Below are positions 22,501 through 33,836 of a DNA stretch of 33,836 nucleotides, one piece after another. A program made the position numbers and the translations under genes. Numbering within the stretch: position 1 is the first letter of the stretch; each line of letters opens with the position of its first letter. The stretch lies in assembly GCA_000826855.1 (NCBI GenBank), contig JTLS01000081.1, forward strand, positions 1-33,836, written 5' to 3'. This stretch comes from Basidioascus undulatus (Eukaryota). Below the pieces are notes generated by a model. The model saw nothing but the letters and a program-made list of their open reading frames with translations, did no database searches and was not told the origin of the DNA.

Positions 22501-23152
22501 GGCGGGAGACGTCCGCGCTTGACCAGGTACTCGAAGAGCTCGCCGCCCTCGACGTACTCCATGATGAGGTAGCTGTGGTGGTAGGCGTAAGAACACGAGC
22601 TTTCGAAACCGAGAAAGTAAGGGACGAACAGGTCCTGCGAAGTTTCCCAAACGTCGTAGAGGCTGAGGACGTTTGGGTGGTCGATCTGTTTCAGGGGATT
22701 CCAGGGGACGGCGTCAACAAGGGACCGAGCGGAATACAGCTTCGGAAGCGGATACTGACAAGCTTCATGATAACAATCTCGCGCTCAATCGCTTGGAGCA
22801 TCTTGTCGTTGCTGGGCCCGTTGAGCGAGAGACGCGACGACAGCAGCCGCTTCGGCAAGATCTTGATCGCCGCGAACTGGCCCGTCACAGAGTGCTTCGC
22901 GATCTTGACCCGTCCTGTTCCAATGAAACGCGTCAGCCTGCCACTTTCCATCTCCGTGTGAAGAAGTATCATGTCGTCCAACTCACCACTGCTCCCCTTC
23001 CCAATCGTCCGCCCTATGCGCCACGGCCCTATGGCCTTGGGGTCCTCCTTCACCTTCGGAGGTACTGCGTTGCGGAGGGGAGGGCGGTGTCGAGATTGAG
23101 AGGGACCGGCATGAGCGTGAACGGGCGGCCGAGCGTATGCCGCAGCGGACAT
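19558..23152 (-). CDS. Nim1-family Ser/Thr kinase (Gin4/Hsl1/Cdr2-like) with C-terminal KA1 domain, 11 exons
   Basis: [92 protein letters not shown], a Pro/Ser-rich linker, then KRSWFSNMF and [18 protein letters not shown] (KA1). Ends WELDAVTP..GYEVV after an intron starting near 19725. Confidence 0.93.
20714..20746 (-). repeat. (GCC/GCT)11 poly-alanine tract in the kinase linker
   Basis: Eleven consecutive Ala codons. Confidence 0.9.
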
Positions 23153-23184
23153 GCTGAGGGCGTGTGGAGGAGGATCGCTTGAAG

Positions 23185-23558
23185 ACGCGTGTTTACTGAA
23201 GGACGCGGTGGTCGCCCGGGCAAGCGGTACTCGCAGGGGAGTACAGCTGTGCTAACTGAAACGAAGAAGACGCCGGGTTCGAACGTATCGGCGTCGAGAT
23301 GCGTAAGATGCTGAGACAAAAGAGAGTAGCAGTAGGGGGCGTCGAGTAGCCTGCGGGAATGAGCGTGAGGGGAGCGGTGAGTTTGTCGATGGTGAAGGTG
23401 GGCGGTGAGGACGAAGGGCGCAATGCAGGGAAAGCCAGGGCGAAGGGCGTGTTGTGCAGTTGGGCAAAGGGACGAGGGTGAGACAGACGGTCAATAGACG
23501 AGGCACACCTTACGCGTCGAGACGAAAACACAAGAAGCGTCGCGATTACTCCACGCGA
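23185..23558. promoter_or_regulatory. Possible MCB-like (ACGCGT) elements upstream of the kinase
   Basis: ACGCGT at 23185-23190 and 23512-23517, and ACGCGA near 23553. Yeast HSL1 and GIN4 are G1/S regulated, but this 6-mer is common in GC-rich DNA. Confidence 0.3.
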
Positions 23559-25685
23559 CTGACACAGCCAAGGTTCAATGCTCCTCCACAGTCATATTAA
23601 ACGATCGGCCTCGTTAGTAGTGGACCATTAGTAGCGAGTAGGCGAAATGGAACCGATCGTGAGGTGAGCGTGCTTCACGTGGAGAGATGAGGAATGTGAG
23701 CAGGCGCGAAGCATGGCATTTTGTAGCCCGGTCTGGCCCGACTTGGCCTCTGCCTCTCTTTCTTATTTTCATCATCACACACACACCGTCTTTCAAGTTC
23801 AGGTTCAGGTGAAGATCAAGATCCATAGGCGAATGTTGAAGATTCAAAGTCTGAGGAATGGGCTTCGTGAGAAAGTGCTACGCGACAGTCTGTCACGTAT
23901 GGCAGAGGAAGTTCACGCCTCGCGGGCATGCAGCATCATTGTTCAAATTTTGGCGAGTGGCTGGCATTAATGTGTAGTGTGTGTAGTGTCCACGCCTGAG
24001 CCTTCGATGGCAAGGCAATAGTGGCCTCCCTCGCCAGCCCGCGAATGGCTGCGATGGTGTGCGAGCCACTTCGAACGATTGCGCCTGCCTTTGACTCCAT
24101 TCTCTGTGAGTGGCTTTTCATAGAGTGCACTGTAGAGGATGCACTATAGGATACGGTAATGGTACCATATCGTGTACTGCAGAATGAAAAAGTCTGGATA
24201 TCCTGCTGTACCACGGCACCTCACACAAAGTTGACATCGTGTCCCATAAAATGCTTCATGGTTCAGTCATCAGTACATGTTAAGCCTAGAACGTGCAACT
24301 AGCCTGCCTGTGCCGTGCTATCGTTGGACACCTTTGTCAGCACCGGGGCAGCACAGCGCATCGTTAACAGAAATGCAGCGTAGACGGCGACCGCTTGTTT
24401 GCTTCTTTGTGCGGACCTCCATGCTTGTCCACTCCAGGGAAAGCTACCAGAGACGTCACCCGGCTCGCTGCAGCATGAACGGCGAGGCGTTCTATGGAAA
24501 ACGTTGCAGACACGACGGACTGTCCGCACAAGTATACATGGAGCTTAAGTGACATATTAACCTAAACCATGCCGAAGTTGTACCCAAGAGCCTGCAAGAC
24601 TGTGCTCCACTCTGTCACCTTGTCGCAGCACATGGCGTGCGCCGTGTTTTCCTTGCAGCTTCTTCACCAACTTCCACCACCAACACAGTCTACTGATGTA
24701 TCCAGATTTCTTCTTGAAACGGCCAAGGAAACCTCATGGGTGCGGCCCTCAATACTCCTCCGAAAGCAGCCCTGCACCCACCCCAATGGGACCGCACGCA
24801 AAGCCATCGCCCCCATACCCAATACTCCCGAAAAGGAGCCCACTCTCAAGAGTCCTTCCTGGTGAAATCTCATGAACCCAGCCAATTTCCGTTCAAGGCT
24901 CGTGAAAGCCCATGGCAGCCAGCGCTCGCTGCACTCGAATCCTACCAGGCAGCGTTCGTAGGTCTGCTGTGTCTCCAAGGTGGAGCCGACCAGGCATGCA
25001 ACTCGCTAAAGTTGCCTCAACAATTGTATTGAGACGCTCCCTAATGAAGCTGATAGAAGATTGATTCCACCGCCGTCGTGGCAGCTTGGGACGATTCACC
25101 CGGCCGTCCGACCCTATGGCGTAGGGTCTTCCTCTATCCTTCAGTGGACTTGATGGCGCATCCGGCGATCAATTCCCTGCAGCACATAAAGAAAGGCAAA
25201 TGACAACCCTTTGCAGTTGTCAATCAATAGAGAAGGAGCAGAGCAAAGCGGACGATCGAATGTTGACCGAAGGCGTCTAGCAGTTTACTTCACTTGTGTA
25301 CTTCACTCCCACTTATCAGCGACCAACTTGCCAACTTAACATGCACCCATCGATGGTTTTGATCAGCCTGTCTTAACAGTGCCTTGCCCATGAGCGACCT
25401 GTCCTTGCCCTATCCACTGACAAAGACCTTTCGATAAACTCATGACCAACACACGCACAAGCACCACAGGCGAGCGCCAGAGGGAAGGAATATGCGACGT
25501 CGGTTTGATTTTATATGGTATTCACAGAAGGGCAACTCGAAAATACGGAAAGGACAGAGAGAAAGAAATCATGACCGTTGCGCGACGTGACGTTCTCTCC
25601 TTAACTACTCTGGCACTGCCAGGCGGCACGCCGCCGGACCCTCGGCGGCGCCCGCCCCTCCGCCCACGACACCTCAGCCGAGCGC

Positions 25686-27664
<1,979 letters not shown>

Positions 27665-29502
27665 TGTTGTTGATTAAAGCTTTAGGAGTATAAACGGGAA
27701 AAAGGGTGTAGGAAACGAAGTGGCGGCTGGCCGGAGTGGGAGTAAATGCGAGTGGGGTGCGCGGTGGAGGAGGACAAGAGGCGAGGGCGCTCTCGCCGTT
27801 GTGCTGGCAGCACTGCTTGTGCCCGCGCCGCACGAGCCTCGCCTGAGACCCGCGGACCTCTCCGCCTTCGCGCTGGGTCCCCGCCTTCCCCCGGCGATCT
27901 CGCACTTTCCCTTTCTCCTATCTTTTCTCTCGTTTACCAAACACCACTGCACCGAAAAATGTTCATTAAATCACCTTAATTTGCTCACCAGAAGAAACAT
28001 CAGCACTTGTGGTTACCAGCGACCTGGCTATCTCTCAGCGTCCGCCCGCCTTTGTCCAGACGCCTCCTGCGATCAGGACGCTTGATCAAGCACACTGGCA
28101 CACATCAGCTTACTGGCACACCGCACTTTCGCCCCTCGCATACTGTTTTATGCGTCTCGTCCACCAACATTGTAAACCAGCTGGGTCCGCCCAGTGCGTC
28201 CAGGCAGCTGCGCCCGCAGATCTGAATGGTCATCGAATATAACACCGCCTCTTTGCTGCGCGGGATGCATTCTCTCAACCTCATCCCACTCGTTTGCTGC
28301 TGCCTGACCAACCTCAGCACTCTATAAAGTCTGAACAACCCAATGTGGCCTGATGATGGCCGCAGTTCGCCCAGGTTGAGTGCCCATGCTCTTCACCGGC
28401 CATTTGAACGGTCCCGTGAGCCCACTCACGCGCGCATACTGGCCGCGACAAGCTAACTTTACAAAGCATCGCATGTCACGCAGTGCTTTTTATAAGACTT
28501 CAATTGCTAGTGAGGCTTGCTATCCTGAGGGAAGACGCGTTACATCGCAAGCCGGCAGTCTACCTGGCGTTTGTAGCTTCCTGCATACAGCATCTCTGTC
28601 ACCGCATGCCCCTGACATGGAGAAGGCAAAGTGGAAGTCCTTCTGCAGTTCTCCCAAAATATGCCAAAACTGGCTCGACGCCCGGTAGAGCGGCGCGTCT
28701 TGTCCAGCTTCAGGTGCTCGTCTTCAGCGCCGTGTTTTGTGCATGGCGCCCACAAACCCTCAGTCGTGAGAGGAAATAAATCTTGAATAAACTCAATGAG
28801 ATAAATTACCAATCACATAGAATGACAGATTAAACTGCAAGTTTCCACTCGACCTAGCATCTTCGAGCAATCGCGAAGTGCCGACAATGTTCTTCGTTCA
28901 GCGTACGCTGAGCATGTTCACAGATGCTCATGCATTGGGTTCGTTCCGAAATAAGCCAGTTAGACACCATGAGTTTCTGAGTCCAGTGGGTTGCCCAAGC
29001 AGAGAGAAGCCAACCACTAATAGTCACTGCCAGCAACCCCCTTTGCAGTGCCACGTCTAGGTAACTTTCACGTAACGCCTGCGTTCCCACTCATTGTGCA
29101 GTCAAACGACGTGCGTCCGGCTTCACGACCTCAATGTTTTCGTTAGGGCCATGCTAACATCCCGACCAAGAAGACGGCCATGTTGTGATTTCTGCGAGGG
29201 CGTGGTGTTGCCCCCAACAGACGCAGTCCTGCATGAGCTACTGACTGGACTGAGCGCGGGAACCGCGCAAATTCAGGAAGAACACATGCTCCTCAATTAG
29301 TCTACTCAAACCACAGATTCTACGAACACGCAAGTGGAAAGGTCGCCTACATCAGCAGCACACAGAGCACGCCCGTCTCGGGATCATCGTGTATAACGTG
29401 TCTTGTGTATGATTCATTTCGCTTGTCGTGTCGTTACTCATTCAAGGATTCAACAACAGAAATCACAAATCGGAAGCATATGGCGCGGATACGCTACAAA
29501 AC

Positions 29503-31046
29503 TTAAGCCTTCCCACTATTGAGCGCCTTGCTGAGGTCGATTCCGAGCAAACCTTTGATAATTTTGAGACCCCCAAACCCTTCGGGAGGCCATCGACGAG
29601 GCCTGAGAGCCTGAGGAAGCCGAGCTGTAATAGTAGCAATGGTGGAAGGTTCAGGTGAAGAGCGGAGGGATAGGTGCTGGTGGAGGACGCGTACGAGTGA
29701 GCCGACGAGGTTGAGAATGCCGGTGAGCAGAAGGCCCACCCCCGAGCTGCAATTATGAGAGAGTAAGGTAGTTGTCCCTCGACAAAGAAAAAGCACGTGC
29801 CGTACAATCTGCACGATCGGGTTACTAAGTCCTTCGAGCAGTGGGAAGAGATCCTTCTTGGCCTTCGGCATGCCTTCGGTCTTGCTCTTCGCGTTCTCGA
29901 TCGTCTTGATGATGGTCTCAACGAGCTAGAACAGACCGACGCCAATACATCAGAGAAAGGTGAACGCTTTCCGATGCGAAACAAAGAAAACGATACCCGC
30001 GCCAAACCCTCTGCGAGGCGATGTTCCACCGGCGTAGCCTCGCGGTTCTTGTCCGCCTGCTTGGCCTTCCGAGCGATGCTGCCTTTCTGCATCGACACAA
30101 CGCGAGTAAATTCAATGTTCGGAAAGCAACGCTGGACAAAGATTACCCAGGGGATCCGCGCCTTTGATCATACCATGCGTTTCCTTGAGGATCGCCTGCG
30201 CTTGCTCGATGAGCGGCTTGACTTTGTCGACAAGGGCTTTCTGGAACTGCTCGTCCTTCTTTTCCTCTTCGAGTTTCTCGCTCGCACGGTTGATGGCCTG
30301 AGCGGAGGGCAGAGAAAGAAGTAGGACGCGCGGAATTCTAGCGGTGCAATGAGGGAAACGGAACTGTACGTCGTTGATCATGTCGCAAATCCTACAGAGG
30401 TTGAGACGATCTGCATGTCAGAACGGTAGACGGGCGGACGGAAGAACACAAGCAACTTACGGCTTGACGCGCTCCCAGTCCGAATAAACAAGCGAGCGGC
30501 GAGCGCGGTAGCCTTCTCGTCCTCCGCAGCCTTCGCCTTGTCGGCGTCCTCCCTTCCCTTGAGCAGCGCGTTGACCTTCTTCTTCGCGTCCTCGATCACC
30601 GCGGGAACGTCGACTTGAGCTGCAGGGTCCGCACTCAACGTCAGCGCACCGAAGAGAATCAGGAAGCACAAGAAGTGGCAGAACAGTACTGTACCTTGTT
30701 GAGGCTTTCGTCGAGATGGTACTCCTCGGGCGACGCCTTGTGCCGCCTTCACGTTGCTCGCCGCGGCGCGTGAGAGATTGCTCTGGCGGTCGACGTGCCG
30801 GACCTCGCCGAGCGCGCCCTCGTGCGCAGCCGACGCCTGCGAGATGAGCGGGCGGACGCGAGAGGCGAACCCCTGAGGGTCGAGCTTCTCTTTCTCGATG
30901 TTGTTCGCCTCCTTGATGGCCTGGTCGGAGAGCGCGGTACCTTGGTCAGCTCACCGTTCACGGTTGAACGAACACGCGAGGAATAACGTACTCCTTCAGC
31001 ATCCTGACGATAGGCTTGAGATGTTCGAGCGACCTATCGGCGACGT
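29503..31046 (-). pseudogene. Unprocessed pseudogene of a fungal helical protein (DUF6987/LEA-domain-protein-like) with an internal duplication
   Basis: Motifs LVDKVKPLIEQAQAILKETHGMIKGADP, REATPVEHRLAEGL, IENAKSKTEGMPKAKKDLFPLL, GVGLLLTGILNLVG, plus an upstream repeat VRPLISQAS..HKASPEEYHL. Frameshifts occur near 30743, 30616, 30495, 29745 and 29563. One donor reads CTGGGT instead of GTGGGT (30145-30150). The family name is from recall and was not searched. Confidence 0.75.
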
Positions 31047-31189
31047 CTGGAACCAAGCCAGAGTCGCCCTGTTATTACTTCCCCTATTTTCCGGGTACCT
31101 TGTGTGTGCCGACTCTGGATCGATCTCTGAACACGATGGCGACCGACTTGGCATCGCATCAGTGAGTGCTCCCATGCTCCCATCGCGCT

Positions 31190-32170
31190 ATGCAGCCGTC
31201 CCTTCTGACTTCTGGATCTCCCCAAAGCCTAGACATCTTCTTCAGCCGAGTCCATTTTTCCACCGTGCTCAACGCCGCAGCTCTCTACCGCACCGTCGGC
31301 CCTTCGCTAAACGACCCGAGCCAACCCCACCCAGCGCTCTTCTTTGTTCTCGTGTGCAGCCCGCTTGAGTCCCGACCTCGCATTGACATTGCGAGAGACT
31401 TTCGTTCGCGGGTACGAGAAGGCGTCTATCGCTGTTGATCAGCGCTGCAAGCAGCCTCTTCAGCGTAAAAGATCGCATTATAAATCCGCGACGTCCAGAC
31501 GCTCCGTGATCCTGGTCTCTACACGCGCCATCCGCCCTCTTGCGACCACTACGCCCTGCGTCTCAAGGCTGTCGTCCTCGTCAGCCACGCTGTAGTGTCA
31601 ACAACTTCTTCGAAGCGGAGAGCGGGGATGAAGAGCGCGCGCTCAAGTTGCGCGTTCGCGAGAGCGCCGCATTCACCGACCACGTAGCGCTGCTCGAGCG
31701 TTTCGTTTCAGAGCGAGCCTTCCGGAGTGGGTGGGCCGCCCATTCGAGGGGGACTTGGGAGCGAACGGGTTCAGGGACTCGGAGCGGGCCACGGTTCTTT
31801 TGATTCTCTACTAATGAGTGCTCCCTTCTTGATATGACAACTGCAGGCACTCGAATTCACAAATTGCCATATCGCGCCGCCTTTTGAACTGCAGCGCCTA
31901 AATCGCACTGCATGAACCGTACTGAGACCCACGTCTCTTCCGCTGATACTTGAAGGTCTGTGATGGAGAGCGTGGTCGATATGGTCGTGCAGATGGCTAG
32001 CCCCTGGTTCCTGGGGCAACTGCACGTTACCGCATGGTGCGCCTACACTCGGCTTGCTCCACCTGTTTCCAGGCGCCCGGCTGAACCATTGTTCTCAGTA
32101 TTGTCTGGATTTGCGCAGGCCTGGTGGCCTTACGAGAGCGCAAGCCGCCGTGGGTCTCGGGGAGATTGAG
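31190..32170 (+). pseudogene. Possible decayed F-box-like gene
   Basis: ATG at 31190 is followed by LLDLPK / LDIFF / ALYRTV fragments in different frames, a typical basidiomycete F-box N-terminal pattern. An intron-like stretch GTGGGT..CTAAT..CAG lies near 31727-31846. Stops and frameshifts occur throughout. Confidence 0.25.
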
Positions 32171-33836
32171 GAGGCGAAGAGGCTGCACGCGAACGTCCTG
32201 CTCTTGGTCGTCCGGTCGTGAGTTCAATCCTCAGTAGTTCTATGCTGGGACGTGGTTTACTAACTCAAATTCGTGCGGCAGTCTTTCAGGCCCAGATGTT
32301 GCAAACAGCATTGGCGGAGGCGATGCATTGAATCTGTGCTGCGTACGACTGCATGCGCCTTGGAAAGACCTGTCGCCCTTGGAATGTTAGCTTAAGCTCC
32401 TAGCGTGAACTGCTAATGTATAGCACGAAACCGTACAGATGTCGCTTGGTCCTCTCGCGTTGCCAGCGTCGTCGATGTGTCTATTGTCTTGCGGTGATCG
32501 CTCGCCTACCTTTATTCTCCAGGACATCAGCCTCTCAACTGAGGTTCATAATGGTAAATAACACATGTATTTACTAGTTATAAAAAATACTGGGCAAACA
32601 TTTGGGTCGGAAGCTCGTCTCCAAAATCCGAAAGTCTCTCGAGTGGTAATCGTGCAGGCTGTTCGCCTTTCGTTTAACACAGTCTCCGAGGGGTATGAAC
32701 GCTAATATATATGAACCATTCAAGACTGAAAGAATCTTCAACTACAATCTGACGCTCTACATAATGTCATTAGAAAGGTATTGACGGTGCAGGCTCCGCC
32801 TGCGATTCGACGGCGGGGGCCGGAAGAACATGCTGCTTTGGCGACTTCACTACACAACACTTCCATGGACTGAATTAAGTTGAACCCGGATGTAGTATCA
32901 TCAATTAGTGACGTCTAATGGCTTGGAAGTATAGGTGGGACAGGCTTTCCGGCCCTTCTAACAACCGCTAAGCCAACGACACTGGCCATCACTCACAATG
33001 ACTGGAAATAGAGGGGTTCAGAAAGATGAAGTTTGAATGTACAATACCTCCTGAGGAGATACAAGGCGCAGAGCCATGGCCTTTACGTATCTTGTTGCCC
33101 GTCGTCTTCAATTCCTGTCGACTTTATTGGAATGAGTTAGGCCGTTAAGTTAGATTCAACATAATACAGTTTCGTTATCAAGCTGGTGAGTAAAGAGAGT
33201 CAAGTTTCAAGGGCAGACAGTAGGTCTTGCGCAAAAGAGCACAGCTCAGAGCCGACGGAGATGTGCGTATGCATGTGAAATGGTATGCACGGCTGACTCA
33301 AATTGCAGGGGTTTCTCTGCAAGAACATCCCCCGTTTGGAGCTTAAGAAGAAGCGGGTCGCAATTGGAAGCAACTGAGACTTGAGATCGGTCGCTGGGCG
33401 CTCTGGCTGTGCACTGTGTTCGGAGACAAGATGCTGAGGCACTTTGTCGTCCTGAAAAGTTCTAATCTTACCTCACCTTCATTCTCATTAAGGTTTAAAA
33501 ATCAAAAGTAACAGCTTTTCTGGAAGAAACTCTTTATGGAGGTGAATGTGAGGAGGCGACGACCTCAGGGCACCTCCTCATCTGGCGGAAGTCTGCAGGA
33601 CTCCATTTGGCTTTGGAATCTGCCTTGGTAAAATATTTGAGAGCAAACATTTCACTTTCATTCCGACTTTACCTGAAAACAAAAGGGGCTGATTAGGTCA
33701 CTCAACAACCTGATCTATGCTTATGCAGCTGTAGTAACTCTCTGGGCGTTTTGTTTATTGAAGATTATAGTGGGATATGTCGGTTCCTCGCTTCGCCGTC
33801 GATGCAAGCTGAGTGAACCGTGCAGGGGAGTGACTT

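Noticed and set aside
12507..22986. About seven in-frame stop-free introns across PC, GPCR, SET and kinase genes
   Set aside because: Plausibly expected for short GC-rich introns. No statistical test was possible and no pattern points to function.
23770..23825. (CA)n and TTCAAG/TTCAGG/ATCAAG hexamer-like repeats
   Set aside because: Short, degenerate microsatellite-type sequence with no spacer structure; not CRISPR-like.
32400..33836. AT-richer block with scattered splice-like signals and an 80-aa minus-strand ORF
   Set aside because: No coherent exon chain, protein motif, LTR or TIR could be supported.

Overview
This is an intron-rich eukaryotic window, most likely a basidiomycete fungus: introns are 55-95 nt with GTGCGT/GTGAGT donors and CTRAY branch sites. 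A core of five intact genes lies at about 9.2-27.7 kb: pyruvate carboxylase (+, 25 coding exons), a Git3/Gpr1-like GPCR (+), an Rkm3/SETD6-like SET methyltransferase (-), a Gin4/Hsl1-family kinase with a KA1 domain (-) and actin (-, 11 exons). The left flank carries three intron-containing tRNA-Ser genes (one CGA, two AGA) with almost identical bodies. Both flanks contain intron-retaining, frameshifted gene relics (F-box/LRR-like, MYND-like, DUF6987-like). Four observations stand out: (1) a pyruvate carboxylase intron that can only be resolved with a non-canonical GA donor, sitting just before the biotin-carrier domain; (2) a 303-nt AG-free, hairpin-forming leader intron with a putative distant branch point upstream of the same gene; (3) a probable AGA-to-CGA anticodon switch recorded in a tRNA intron; (4) a 9-nt tRNA intron. 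All gene models were built by eye and no database searches were run.
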